The position numbers were made by a program, and so were the translations under genes. A stretch of DNA of 61,740 bases, filler included, from Choristocarpus tenellus KU-1152 (taxonomy: Eukaryota > Protista > Phaeophyceae), in assembly GCA_964200185.2 (NCBI GenBank). It is 11 parts of 11 records of this genome, joined end to end, with 100 filler letters (N's around TTAATTAATTAA, not from the genome) between each part and the next. Parts side by side here need not be neighbours in the genome. Positions count along the whole stretch, not along the records: positions 45,659 to 48,737 come from CAXNAD020022478.1; positions 48,838 to 52,188 come from CAXNAD020020622.1; positions 52,289 to 55,836 come from CAXNAD020019328.1; positions 55,937 to 58,567 come from CAXNAD020026118.1; positions 58,668 to 61,740 come from CAXNAD020022516.1; 6 more parts are not named here. One strand, given 5' to 3'. Under the pieces are notes generated by a model. It had not been told where the DNA came from. It ran no database searches and worked only from the letters and a program-made list of their open reading frames with translations. Below, piece after piece: positions 48,563-61,740 of this stretch; within the stretch, counting starts at the first letter, position 1, and every line of letters starts with the position of its first letter.

Positions 48563-50699
48563 CTGCAACAAGAACACAAGAAAAGGGTGGTGTTTGTTTG
48601 TGTATGGTGGCATGCCCAAGAGAAGTCTCAAAACTATCAAAATTATCAATGGATGGAGTGGTTTCCGCATTTTAAAATGGGCGGACGGGGGGACGGGGGG
48701 ACGGGGGGACGGGAAGGTTAGCCTGTGGACTTGACAANNNNNNNNNNNNNNNNNNNNNNNNNNNNNNNNNNNNNNNNNNNNTTAATTAATTAANNNNNNN
48801 NNNNNNNNNNNNNNNNNNNNNNNNNNNNNNNNNNNNNTTAATTTTCGCGCCCCCCCCCGATTCCCACCCCTTCCCCCACCCCCCCCCTTCCGCTTTTTTT
48901 TCCCCCCCCCCCCCCCCCCCAGATACTTTGGGTCAGAGGATTTGTCGTATCACCCGCCTCTGTTTTCCAGCGTTGAATTGTGGTCAAGCTCAGGCAATTC
49001 TGCTCTTGTGATGATGGTGGTTGTCGTCATGGAAATAGTATGAGGCTGAATTGTGGCTGCTACTGCCTTGAGTCAATTTAGCATGTCTGCAGTGATGATC
49101 GCCTTCACTGCCCCCGCATAGTAGACCATGACCCAATATACTACAAGAGCATTATTTACCTATTAATACCTCTCTGACAATGAAAATACGCTCCTGCCAA
49201 TGTACCCAAGTATTTTTTGACACCTTAATGTCAATGGGTACTTACACCTGTGTTGACCTCCTCCCCCTTCAAGCTATATCTTAGGGGTGGGTATCATTGA
49301 GTGTTTGGGGTCCTTTTGACTACCCTTCTGGTATATGTGCCTTAGTTGGACGAACAATTTGTCTCCTCTCGACAGCAACAACAGTCTTCTGAGGGGGGTT
49401 AGTTGCATTGCAGGAATGGGAAATGGGATATCAGGCACAAGTAATATGCCCTGTAACAAATTGTCCTAAATCGATCCCCTCTAAGATTGGATGACACTTA
49501 ACAATTACAGATTTCGAGTGGTATCTCATTGGCTGGTGGCAAATGGACAGCAAGATCCAAATATTGGTGATCCACGTGCACATTCTGTACAAACTACTTT
49601 TTCCTCCTTCAGCTTTGTATCGTTTGTTTGAAGCGCATATACCGCGCCTAAAAAATGGAACAAATACAACGGCAAGTGTTTACTACGTACGACTCATTTT
49701 AGGTCACATACGCCAGCAAACAATTAGAGAACACCGTGCAGTACTAGAATATCCTGAAATGTTCAACACTCGTTCGTTATTCCTCTTAACCTCTACATAA
49801 CTGAGTTCCTAGATACTCCAGCACTGACAGACAGCCGGGTGAATATATGCAGTAGTCGTAGATACTACATTTCTCACCAGCAGCCCAGAGGCTGTGTCAT
49901 CCCCACGTGATGCTGCTATAAATTGGAAATATTAAATTGAACTCATCTGCACTACTGATTGCGCCAAATCGTTATTTTGTTTTTGTGAAGTCTTGGTAAC
50001 CCTGGTTTTCCTTCTCCTCGTTATCCCCTGCTCTCAAGTCTCTCCTCACTCTCACTATTTTTTTATTTTGGGTACATAAATGCACCCAAGAAAAGATAAC
50101 GATTTGACAAAAGGACGTGCTGTATTCTAAGCGCTGACAACTCGTTCTTGATATGCATCCTTGCATAGTCAATGAACTGAGAAATTACTATTTGTTTCGA
50201 GTTCCTATTTTAGTGATAGTGTAGTATTTTAGTAGCAAAGATATACAATAAGTGAAGAACAACAAATAACAGTATAATTATACTATTCACTGGTGGTAGC
50301 TACTAGCCAAGAAAATATACTTGGTGAGACTACGTGCGATGGTGCCGCTACTGCGAAACAAATCGAAGGTGAATTTCTACCCCAGGGCGAAGTACGAAGC
50401 ATATTTTGTTTTTTTTGTTATGACTCAACAGATAGATGGTGAAACGAACATACATGCATGGGGACGTTTTTCGGGAGGCCTACCCACTATAACACAAGGA
50501 AATCACCACATTTTCTGTTGGCAATTGCCACCAAAGGAGGTTCTACACTGCACCAGCGTAGATACCTAAATCTACGCAGTCGGCACTAAAACATGTATTC
50601 TGGAGTATATACTGCTGTACACTTTCACTACAACCACAAAGAACACACTTCGGTACAGAAAACAACCTCTGTTGTGTAATGAAAGTATTGTTCCACCCA

Positions 50700-51640
50700 A
50701 TTAAATGGACCTCAACGCACGGTTGATGAATTTACTCCACATCAGTATTAGCGTCAAACATGCAATGCGAAATTGCAGTATCCTCCTCCTCGCTTGTGAC
50801 AACCTATCAATGTACAATAGAGCACTAGTTGTACTGACTTTGAGAGTAGATATTCTTGGATCTAAGCCTTTTGATCTCGTCATGTATGTGGGGCCTTATA
50901 TGGATTGACCACAACTTGATTTCTCAAACATCCAACCTAAAAAACCTAATAAAATACTTCACAAAGTATTACACAATGGTACTACATGGTAGGGGTACGT
51001 TATTTCTACAATGTATGGCTCAACATCAGTATTGAATTCAAAACTACAACATTGATCCTTCAAAGTCAACCTTCCCATATCCCCTCTCAACCTTACATTG
51101 ATCACCAGTTTTGCATTCGTGAGACTGTTTTTTTTACATCGAATATTCCGCGCTTCTGTCCAGAGTTTCTGTAGGACTTCACCAAGTGCCCTGATTTTCT
51201 AGCACAGTTAATCATTTTTGTCATTCCCTTGATTGACACCGTCAGCGCCCTAGTACCTGTCTCGGATTTCTCCGTCTTCAGTCTGTCATAACGCTGGAAG
51301 AGAGTCCTGTCGATGATTTCTCGTGTGGTCGGCCTTTCTATATCCAACATGCGTCGTTCAAAGTCGTAGTGATGAGACGGCCCGCTGATTATGACGTTGC
51401 TGGTGTCAGTATCGTCCACCGTTGAAAACAGTCGCTACGCCGCTTTTTATTTTCGGTCGAACATGAGGGTAAACCTTTTGGGGTCTCTATCATTGTCCAT
51501 CTTTATTGCGTTGAATTCCTGCTATGGGTGACGTAATTCGCTTAATCCATCTGCCCTGTAATACTTGGTAAGCTCCCTGTAGGTGGTGGGTGATCCTGCG
51601 TTCTCCACAATCTCGAATGGCATCTTTTTCAAATATTGAT
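50700..51640 (-). mobile_element. Internally deleted Copia relic (gag fragment and possible RNase H end)
   Basis: PFEIVENAGSP...EFNAIKMDNDRDPKRF...IISGPSHHYDFERRML...TREIIDRTLFQRYDRL resembles the gag at 37520-37950. TYMTRSKGLD weakly resembles the RNase H RSKHID motif. Confidence 0.6.
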
Positions 51641-52599
51641 CAATGTTCTCCACGCCACTTCCGCCTGGTGCATTCGATCAGGGTCGATGCCCTCACTGTC
51701 GAAGTCGCACCGCGGAAACCACACGTCTTGCCTAGGAACTGATTTGACAGATATGTCAAGATACTCTGCAGAAAATTAAGCGTTAAATGAGCTAACTTGA
51801 GACGGATTGCTGCTACGGAACAGGAGGGTATTGTCACTGGGTCGCATTTCCTAATCCAGATGGTGACCTGGTCAGAATGAGGCTCATCATATCCTACTGA
51901 ACGTTGTTGTCGTAGAGGCACCGTTGTTTTTTGTCTTACAGCGTTTTAACCCAGTTTTTAAATCTTTCATGATAATAAAAAAATAAAAAATAATACGTGG
52001 AAAGTGTCTTTCGGGCTAATAACGACATGTACACATATATATAGTTTAGATTGGTTTCCCCCTTGACACATCTGCAAAATGTCAGAGGGCATAATAATAA
52101 AATATGTGGAAAGCATGTTTGTCTCATATTATACCGTTATTGCCGTATGCCATATACTGTTACACCGTGGTACGGATTAAGGTTCCCANNNNNNNNNNNN
52201 NNNNNNNNNNNNNNNNNNNNNNNNNNNNNNNNTTAATTAATTAANNNNNNNNNNNNNNNNNNNNNNNNNNNNNNNNNNNNNNNNNNNNGCTTGACCCAAA
52301 ATTGACTGGGATAAAGTGTAGATGTGTTTTTTTTTTGTATTGTTGAGTCAATTTTGGGTCAAGCCCATCCTCAATGAAAAGCTCCATCCTCAATTATTGA
52401 AATCGGCTGTTAAGTGCAAAAACAGTTGCAAAAAAAAAACTTTCGGTACTTTTTCAAGACCGTTTTCGCAGAACAACCATCCTCATAGCCCCGCTCCATC
52501 CTCAATTTTTAAAATCCACTGTTATTTACAACAACTTCCACTTTTACGGGTCGTTGTGATATTGGTTTGGCTTTTTCCCTCACACATCTGTAAAATATC

Positions 52600-54705
52600 A
52601 CAGGGTAAAATAATACATAGTGTCGATAGGACAACGATCTTGTCTCCCAAATATATGGGAAATCGGGGTTTCATGCAATTTGCACTAAAACCTGTGATAT
52701 GGGCTAACTGTACGAAGGGCAGTAACGACACCCAATTATTATCCTCAGGAACTAAGATCGTACATTCGTAGCATAGAACTCGACGTGGATGTACTCTCTC
52801 TAACACATAACTTTCTTGAAGTCGATACGAAATATATATATATATATATATATATTTGTAACCAAAGACAGACTACTGTAACTCTTTGAATACACTGTTT
52901 TCATATCCAGTACCTTGATCAGAGTGTAACAACTTGGGTGGGACGAACATTGAAAAAACACCTTCTACTAGCATGCGAGTAACTGTTGCGACCTCTTTGT
53001 TTGGACGGGGCATACCACAACAAAACGAGTGAGGTGATCAATGACAGACAAGACGTACAAGGACATCATATCACTTCCTGCAGGGGGGTGTACTTTCTAC
53101 TCTACCAAATCAATGCCAAAGTAGTTGGTCAAAGGGCATATGCCTAGAGGGGAAGCTTAACTTTGTTATGATCAGTCTTACGCGTTTGGCATGCCTGACA
53201 ATCACGGCACCATGAACGAACATAATTTTTGAATGGCGGCCACCAATGCGAGTGTCTCCAACCTTACCAAAGATTGGTTGGAAGCCTAAGTAGCCTCCAG
53301 ACAATACATGATCAAGACAACCATGGAGTACAAGATGAACCAACGAGCGAGGAATTACCTAGTGGTCTCTAAGCGTGCTCCTCTTAAGAAGATGACCCTG
53401 GTAAATACGACATAGATGTCGTCAATTCCTTTTAGGTAGTGGAGCGACACTGGGGGGCTGCAAATACCTGAAATATTATCAAAACTCGGACTCCTACTGA
53501 GCCAAAGTATCTTGGAGGGTAGAACCGCGTCCATTTGGGGGCCAAAATGCAATGTTGCGGTTTTGATTTAATTTTGGCTGTCGTGTTTGTTAGGAAGTGT
53601 CAGTATCCTTGCCCTGGACACACCTTTTCATGATGTATACATTTGACCTACTCCGAAACATTTTGGAGTGGGAAAATATCATAAAAAAATCCACGGGAAG
53701 CCAAACCCCAAATGGACAAAGAGGGCAAAACTCATACCGTCTGAGATACTTTCATTCACTCCTCTGCACAATTGCTCCAGGTCCACCGTAGGAAATACAG
53801 TAGTGGAACTAGTAAGTAGTTCACGATCAATTTGGACAGGTGTTGCTTGGTCACGGTTAGAAGCAGAGAATATTCCTTTTGAACATGTGTGGTAAATGCA
53901 CCATTGCCATTTGGATACACTACGACAGATAGGTGCCAGTATTGGAGCAACGAAATTCTCCTATTCCTCGAACTTGAAAATATGAGATAGAGTGTCAGGT
54001 AAAATATGTAGCTTACCAGGCTAGAGTCTGACAGTGCAACCATAAGGTTGAAGTGCAACAGCCCAACGAGTGAGCATGTCAACTGGTATCCTACATTCTA
54101 TACAGGTAATACAATGCTGCATGATCTCTGTAATAAAGGCGAGTGTTTACCGCAGAGGTAAGGTTGCCAGTGAGTGATGGCGGAAATGACTGCATAACAC
54201 CCTCTTAATGTAGCTGAAGATTTAATTGAATTTCTTGTTGAAGCAAGCAATGATACTGAGGTCGTTAGTATTATCGGATCGGGGTTGTGGTAGAAACATC
54301 CAGCACCACTATCACTGGTATTCAATATGGACGACGAACTCTTTGGTAAAGTCAGGAAATGCCAGAAACTGGGCTACAGTGAACAATTGTTTCACTTACA
54401 AGAACGATACATCCTGGTCAATTCCCTATTCCTCAGCAGTGTTCTTGTTGATACCTTCCTTAGTAAGACGCACTAACAGTTCGATGACGACTAGGTTGGG
54501 TATAAATTTACGCACAATGGAGTTAAACATACCTAGGACAGATCGAAGCTCTTTGATAGTAGTGGGTATAGGTAATTCGGCAATGGCACGAACCTGATAT
54601 TCACCGATACGAATCTCTTCAGGCAACAAAACGGGACCCAATAGTAGATTTCTTCAAGCCCAAATTGGATTTTTGACAGTTTCAAAGTTATACCTGCTGC
54701 TTGTC
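52600..54705 (-). mobile_element. Ty3/Gypsy pol relic (RT end, RNase H, integrase)
   Basis: AGITLKLSK..FG; VRAIAELPIPTTIKELRSVLGM; CYAVISAITHWQPYLCG; YVLSVIDHLTRF; LHSDQGTGYEN; WVSLLPFVQLAH, in RT-RH-INT order. Confidence 0.88.
53499..53757. mobile_element. MITE family A, full-length, nested in the Gypsy relic
   Basis: GAGCCAAAGTATCTTGGAGGGTA...GAGATACTTTCATTC. Confidence 0.88.
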
Positions 54706-55936
54706 AAGTATGTTTGCTTCACACAAGTGAGTTCTAATTTCGCCGGTGTGGGCAATGCGAATCATACAATTTTGTGGTGGCGTGGTTCGGTTCACTCAGA
54801 TAAGGATGGTAAAGAGAATCACTGAGCAAGACGGACCAGGCGGACCAGACGGAACAATACGAACCGTAATGGAGAGGATAAGGTAAAGGTTGAAAAGTGC
54901 AAGAATTGTGGAGTGGGGATGATCTCATGAGAGAGTGGATAATCAAAGTGCCAAGACGAGACGTCAGAGATATTCTTTGATTTTTGGCATCTCTGATTGA
55001 AGAGATGTCCATTTTCTGTGGGACTGGTCTCTTGAAAAGATTATACGCCTCAATTTTACAAAGTATCCTCCAAAGGAATCCAGGATTGCTGCTGACAAGG
55101 AATATCAGTAAAGTGTAACGGTTTATGATATACGGCAATAACAGTATGACAACAGGTAACCCTGCCTTCGATACAATTTTTTTTAACGAAATCCACCATT
55201 ATCCCATTCGAGGAGAAAAAGAACCACTACTTCTTGGGATATGATTGCTGTCCTGATAGTGAGGGGAAAATCAAGACTCTTGAAGTACACTTTCCTCCCG
55301 TGGGGCACACCCACGTCAAGCTATACTCTTTTTCTTGGCGAGCTCGTGCATATATGTGCATCCGACCCTTGCGTTAATATCCCAACCCATCCTTTTCGTG
55401 GACGTTCCTGCTGTCAATTTACATACTACTTGACCGCAATAACTTCCCACTCTTTACGTTCCTCGTTGCTGTCTGTATCGCATATTGGAGATATATGCCA
55501 CAACAATCTGCCCTTAACACAGTAGTATACAATTTTTACGCCGTGTATGTGTGTATACATATACACACATAATGTTATACGCATATAGTATTAAAACAAA
55601 ATTATGAGTGGTTCAAAATTAAAAATACGTAAAACCGTAAATGTGCAATATAGGCTAGGAGCTATATACGGAGTTATATCTTTATTGAACACCATAATAT
55701 AGTAGAAGTATTGACTGAGTAGAGTAAGAGTGAAGGATTACATTTTGTGTTCTTAGAGTCACAGGTTCGAGTCTCGATGGATAAATTTCTTATTTTGTTC
55801 AATACAAGTGGCTGACGTAGTGCGACTGACACAGACNNNNNNNNNNNNNNNNNNNNNNNNNNNNNNNNNNNNNNNNNNNNTTAATTAATTAANNNNNNNN
55901 NNNNNNNNNNNNNNNNNNNNNNNNNNNNNNNNNNNN

Positions 55937-56092
55937 GGGGGTTCTACACCAGGGTGTCCATTTTGGCCCTGACCAGGAAAAGTGCACTTGTATTATCCAT
56001 ACGACACATGCAACCAAATCATCCAAAAATTGTGACATGGAAAAATTGGGCCTAAATGGACAGCCGCCACCCCCCACCAGATACTTTGAGCC
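55937..56092. mobile_element. MITE family B; left end lost at the contig break in the poly-G tract
   Basis: Family B body ending CCAGATACTTTGAGCC. Confidence 0.85.
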
Positions 56093-56452
56093 CCTTGTTG
56101 TTGGCTGCAATCTCACTTCTCCCATTACAGCTTGAAGTTCTGACACAGATAACAAGACCATGCCATTTTTCTTATGATCATCTCTTATCTGCCTCAATGT
56201 GCACCTGCAACTCCTGAAAGGCTGTGGAAAAATGGACTAATCTAACAAAGTTTAGCAAGGCCGTCAAAGCCCACAATGAGGAGATGGATCGTCTCAAGCA
56301 GCTCCTCTACGTAGTCACGGTATACATATCCCCAAGGAGATGTGTTGCAAATTTGGGTTACAATATCTTCTGCCATCATCCACCTGTCTACCCTAATTGA
56401 AGAGGGTCAGAAAATTGTGATTTTTGGTTTGTTGTTCAGTTCAACAATGGTA

Positions 56453-56510
56453 TTAGGGTCAGGGTCAGGGTCAGGGTCAGGGTTAGGGTTAGGGTTAAGG
56501 TTAAGGTTAG
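56453..56510 (+). repeat. Interstitial telomere-like (TTAGGG/TCAGGG)n tract
   Basis: About 10 hexamers. Confidence 0.8.
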
Positions 56511-57156
56511 AGTTGAGAAACCATATTTGCCCTCCACTCCGCATTTATTTATTTATTTATTTCAGTATATTACCAAATGACATCAAGGGGAGAAGTACAA
56601 CTCTACCACTTTCTTTCCCAACTTGTTTGATCTATTTACTATCAAACACGCCACACTCTGACTAGGGTTGTGAGTTTTCACAAAGAGTAGCTAGTACCAT
56701 AATTGAAACCCTAATTAGTCTTTCGAACAGTCAAGTTGTTTCCTTGTGGGCTACATGCATGCCGTGGGTGCAGTCGGAAATTAGGGATTTCCTTGTATCA
56801 CCTCAAAAAATGTCCAATATGGACTTGCTTCAATTCACACAAGTCAACCAAGAAGGTGTTGAGCTGACTAAATTAGTAATGTATTTGCAGATCCTTTTGA
56901 TTTGTGATCTTTGGTTTCTTGCACTTGCAATACTTGGAAAAACCGGCTCTTTTCACGACATTTGTCAACTGCCACACATGCAACCCCCAAGAGAACAAAG
57001 ACATCTGTGTACTTTGGAAAATGTATGAGGTTTAGCATTGGGGACAGAAACAAATATTCATTTCTATAATTGTGTTGTACTTAATCAAATTGACATGCCT
57101 TTCCGAAAATATATTTATATATTTCCAATTCCAATCACCATTTCCAGGCTCCGCAA

Positions 57157-57210
57157 TGACCCCAGCCCTAACCCCAGCCCTAACCCTAACCCTAACCCTA
57201 GCTCTGACCC
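57157..57210 (-). repeat. Interstitial telomere-like (CCCTAA)n tract
   Basis: About 9 degenerate hexamers, opposite in orientation to 56453-56510. Confidence 0.8.
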
Positions 57211-58667
57211 GATAATTGAAGGGAGAGGAGCGAAGGGAATTAGAGATCAAGATTGAGAAGGCATCCAGGCATGACAGACTTGACAACTTGGAACACGAGC
57301 TACACCAAGAGGTGCAAGCCTGTTGGGGGAAATGAAAAAAAGGCGGTCTTGTACAGAAAAAACGTTTTTCTTGGGGTAGGTAGAAGGGGAACCGCAATAG
57401 GCCACACAAGTAGAACCAACTCCATATCAACAAAAAAATGTGATAATGGAAGGCGTGAACGTTTTGTTTCTTTCACCCAAGGTTCAAAACTTGCCAACAC
57501 ATCTTGACATCAGGGTGGTGCACACATATATAGCACCTTGTTATAGACCATCTCGAGCCCGAACGGACTGTCCTCCTTGCCAGCAACAATCCTTGTTAAT
57601 CTTGAAGGAAATTTTAACTTTTGTTTTACCTCAGAGAAGAAGGTGGATGCCTTTGAAATTCCGTTGTTTTTTTTGTATTCAACCCTGGTGGTGAGAGCTT
57701 AGCCTGATTCCAGTCATGTTTTGTTCATAGTAAGAGGTAGGTAATGAATTTTCGAACTTGGAAATTGAGTTTATCCTGGTTGCTCTAGGGGTCTCGATTA
57801 CAGCACACCATCACTGTTTGTTCCCTTCCAAACACATTCAAACAGAAGGGTGTTGAGTAATGTCATCCATGATTGTGCAACTTGCACAGTACTAGCGAGG
57901 TACTGGGTTGCTTCAACAAAGTGTGTCGTGTCTCCTTTTCTATTGGTGCCTCCAATAATGGGGGACAGTTTGACGCAACCCTAACCCTTGTCCTCTAGAA
58001 AAAAAGAATACTTTGAAGCATGTTGCCATGTAGTATCTTCAAAAGTCATACTCGAAGTAGGCTGTACAGTCCCGTAATAGCCTTCTTTCTCTTTAGCCAG
58101 GCACCAGGGTGCGGCAATAGACTCACATCGTTTTTTTAAAGGAGCCTGGCCTTAACCTTTTCTCAACGAATTTTGTGTCAGTTTGCAAGGGTAATGAGAT
58201 TAGCCCAACAAAAGACAAAGCCTGGGAACGTTGTGGGCGGGGAAGACATCGATGAAGTCCACGAGAAGGACCTATCCAGTCATTCATCTCTTTTATCAAG
58301 GACAGCACGGACTCACTCCTATGCAACAGCTAAAGGCAGTGGCGGAGATGGTGAGGTTGACCATTGTGGAGTTGGTGGTTGTCAGGTTGGCGATTTTGGT
58401 AGTATGACCTTGAGCTAAAGAATTCTGACTGACAAGCGGAACACCCCTGCAATTAACTGCTGAGACAGATGCGGCTCAAGAGGTGGGGGGGGGGGGGGCA
58501 GGGGGCTAGTGAAGAGAATACCAAAACCAAAGGGGAACATCGGGGGGCATTTGGTGGGGAAAAGAGGNNNNNNNNNNNNNNNNNNNNNNNNNNNNNNNNN
58601 NNNNNNNNNNNTTAATTAATTAANNNNNNNNNNNNNNNNNNNNNNNNNNNNNNNNNNNNNNNNNNNN

Positions 58668-58721
58668 ATTGTATTTTGATCCCAAATGGACGTGACTGTA
58701 CCCTCTAAGATACTTTGGCTC
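58668..58721. mobile_element. MITE family A, end fragment
   Basis: CCCAAATGGACGTGACTGTACCCTCTAAGATACTTTGGCTC. Confidence 0.8.
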
Positions 58722-60462
58722 AATAACCTCTAAGTTGCTCCAAGTCACACATGAGAAACAATTGTTTAGTGTGTATTGTTTACAGAGTTTCAGTCAACTG
58801 CCATACGCTCCAAAGTTTAACGTGTGTGCCCAACAACCATATCAAATCTGAGTGGAACCTAGAAAGGAGGGCTACTTGAAGATCTTCTCACATTACAACG
58901 ACAACTGGATAACACTGGTTGCACTCAACCTGCAGCCACCTTCTGTTTATTGCAAGCTGACCACACACAAGGATTTCTTGCAGTTATGGTTGTCGACATG
59001 CTGAATGCCGAGGAGCTCCTGGGGTAAGACGTGGTCTCCACATTAATCGCTCTTTTCTTTTTTGGATTGAGCACGTAGAGAATTCATGCAAGGTGGGTAA
59101 TGCATATTTATTGGTAAACGCCAAGAACTTATCGATTATTGACATTATTACAAAATTTACTGTCAAGGTAGTGAGCGGTGCAGGTAAGTATTATTGTAGT
59201 AAGGACTTCCTTATCTATTGCGTGTCTCTTACTTCCTATTTCCCTTTCTTGTGATGGTGGTTGTGCTCCTGTCTTGTGGTCAAGAGAGGTTTATCTCCAT
59301 CGGTTGGAAATTGAGCTAGTGTGCTTCATGGAAGTCGGAATCTTTGTCCTGGTTCTTGTATTGTAGTCGCGAACGGGAATAGATGCATGTGGGAGTCTAC
59401 CAACAATAATTACTAATTAGAGTACAGCGGATGTCTGTATAAACAAATCGATTCTGTTAGTCGCTTGCACTCCATCCCAGCGACCATGGCATGGTAATCG
59501 TCAACTTGACTGAAAATCCACCTTCCTTTCTATTTGAGTCCCACAGTTTGGCTTTTAGCAAGTCATATTTCTTACGCAACATTTCTTCATTTATCAGTTT
59601 CTCTGCTCAACAATATCAGACCATCAGCAGGTTTCACGAGATCAAGGCAACATGGAAAATAATACTGATCCTCCTGCAATCACGGGTGTCTGGAGTTTCA
59701 ATTTTGTGAGGCATCTTTTCTGTGTGCGTGATGAAGGAGAACGGAGCACGAGGGAAAAAAATTCGCCAAAAATATCGAAGAAGTGAACCGAGTCCTACTA
59801 CTACTTCATCTCCACCTGGTAAACAAAAACACTTGCTTATCATTCTGTAAATTGTTACTGCTACTAGATGCACCTAACTCAAAGCAATATATGAGCCTGC
59901 CTATGAGATGTAGAATATTAATATATCGTTGACCTGACAAATTGTACCATTTAATGTGGGATAAAATCAAATTAAGAAATGACTTACTATTGTGGTTAAG
60001 TGACCGAACACAATGCATGACAAACACAAGTGATTGGCAAAACAGGCATTTGCAAAGCCCTTAGTTCTTCTAACCGTATGGTACTTCTCCTTGCGTCTAT
60101 TGATTGCCTCAGCTCTACTCTATCCAGCTTGCTCTCCTGCTTTGTTGATGATATGCAGAATCATACAACACACGTGTCAGATAAGCATCCCTAGAACACT
60201 GTATAATATATTTTACATTTGATATGGTTTGGACACTATTGTTAATGGCTGGTGCATTTCCTTTCTTGGAGTATTTTACCTGTTAGCCTGGTTGTTTTAC
60301 TATGACAATCTAAAAACAAGAATGTGATTCCCATCAATTGCGCATGTCTGAGTATTATTCGTATGTTTTGTATTTTTCCTTCTTTTGTTTTGTCCTCCAG
60401 ACAATTGCGAAGCCAGGCAAATATGACATTTTTCCAAACCAATTACCAAAGATCCAACATAG

Positions 60463-60942
60463 ATCTAAGATGACAAAGACAAGGAAAGGAAGCCAACTCC
60501 TTGAGATCGAAAACCAATGAGTGTATGGCTGCAACTACACAATATAGCAGAACCATCAATCAACAAATCACATGGGAGAACAAAACAAAAAGGGAATTAC
60601 CTTGGTTCAAGATTACGTTTCGAAGGCATAGATTTGCCATGTTCTACACAACACGGCAGAAACCATGATCATGACGCTAGTTAGGGTATAATTTAAAATC
60701 CCAAAAACACATATCTAAGATGACAAAGACAAGGAAAGGAAGTCAACTCCTTGAATTCGAAAACCAAAGAATGTATGGCTGCAACTACACAATATAGCAG
60801 AACCAACAATCAATGAATCACATGGGAGAACACACCAAAGTCAATTCCCTTGGTTCAAGATTAGGTTTCAAAGATTTGCCATGGCTTGCATAACATGACA
60901 GAAACCATCATCATGATACTAGTTAGGGAATAATTTAAAATC
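60463..60942. repeat. Diverged tandem duplication of about 250 bp
   Basis: ATCTAAGATGACAAAGACAAGGAAAGGAAG...ATAATTTAAAATC at 60463-60700 and 60713-60942. Confidence 0.9.
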
Positions 60943-61625
60943 GAAACTCGACAAATTCAACATGAAAAACCTGTGTGGCTATTCTTATGACTACATATGG
61001 ATAAATCATTACACCAGCTGAAGAATGTACCAAAAAAGCTGCCTTTCAAAATAAAATATTGATAATCTGTGTGGCTATGTTTAGGTCAGTAGATCACAAT
61101 AAACAACTACATTACAAAGTGGGATAAGCCAGTGATATCAACTTCATGCATTTAGCATTGACAAGACTAATACGGCTATTCTTCATTGTAGGTCTACACA
61201 TCATGAGCAAATGAATTTTCATACCAGTTGAGGGATAAAGCAACAACACCTCAATACCCGGCATGTATGGTTCAGAAGCCTTCATTACTCTACAAAGTGG
61301 AGAATCTATCAAATTATGAAAACCTTCAACTATATTCTTTGCAGTTTCCCTTCCATCAGTGTGGCCTCATATAGGTACAGATAGTGTTTTAGCACCATTA
61401 GACTCGAAATAAATAACAGAAAGATCCTGTTTCCTCGGAGAATGTCCTGCCCAACCAACTTTGGCGAACCTCACAAAAAAAATGGTGCTACAACAATTTG
61501 ATGGCGGCCAGCCCTATTGGTTGATTAATGAGATGTCTTCATTAGCATCTATTCAACGCATTGAAATTAAGACTTAACTGAAAGAACTATCCACTTTGGT
61601 CCTTTCCTCTAGGATCTCCTTTCTC

Positions 61626-61719
61626 TCCTGTCGCGGCCCCTCCTTCTCCCACCCCTCCCACCTCCTCCCCCACCCCTCCCACCTCCTCCCCCTCCCCTCC
61701 CACCTCCTCCCCCTCCCCG
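61626..61719. repeat. C/T-rich minisatellite of about 21-22 bp
   Basis: CCCTCCCACCTCCTCCCC is repeated 3-4 times. Confidence 0.8.
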
Positions 61720-61740
61720 ACGTGATGGGCTGCGTGTTGG

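Noticed and set aside
55705-55780. tRNA gene (B-box GGTTCGAGTC; a similar word near 35563)
   Set aside because: No convincing cloverleaf or acceptor stem; at most a decayed tRNA-derived SINE head.
56180-58420. Possible decayed multi-exon gene
   Set aside because: The exon-like stretches contain stops and match no family I recognise.
59120-59220. hAT transposase-like TAHYLD word on the minus strand
   Set aside because: A single short motif with no supporting neighbours.

Overview
Eukaryotic, intron-rich and repeat-rich DNA (about 40-45% GC by eye). It is most consistent with a flagellated stramenopile, probably a brown alga or close relative; this is inferred from gene content, TE types and TTAGGG-type repeats. 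The window is not one locus: it is 11 unrelated contigs joined by ten artificial 100-bp spacers (N44-TTAATTAATTAA-N44), so adjacency across spacers is meaningless. Host genes: a 26-exon internal fragment of cytoplasmic dynein-2 heavy chain (DYNC2H1, minus, 118-19301), two exons of a SAAL1-like protein, two exons of WDR92/DNAAF10, and a damaged germin/spherulin-like cupin. The rest is mobile DNA: a tyrosine-recombinase (DIRS/Ngaro-type) retrotransposon plus two more copies of its 3' end, three Copia relics, one Gypsy relic, three solo LTRs with 5-bp TSDs, a pogo-like relic, a long-TIR element, and about 20 copies of three related MITE families with shared termini and 4-bp TSDs (Sola2-like). Best leads: (1) an array of ~57-bp covarying, bulged hairpins just downstream of the tyrosine recombinase; (2) a perfect 97-bp foldback made from a decayed Copia gag that predates a later LTR insertion; (3) the three-family MITE system; (4) permissive splice signals, and a minisatellite that has amplified a real 3' splice site. 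All homology calls come from recognising motifs by eye, not from database searches.
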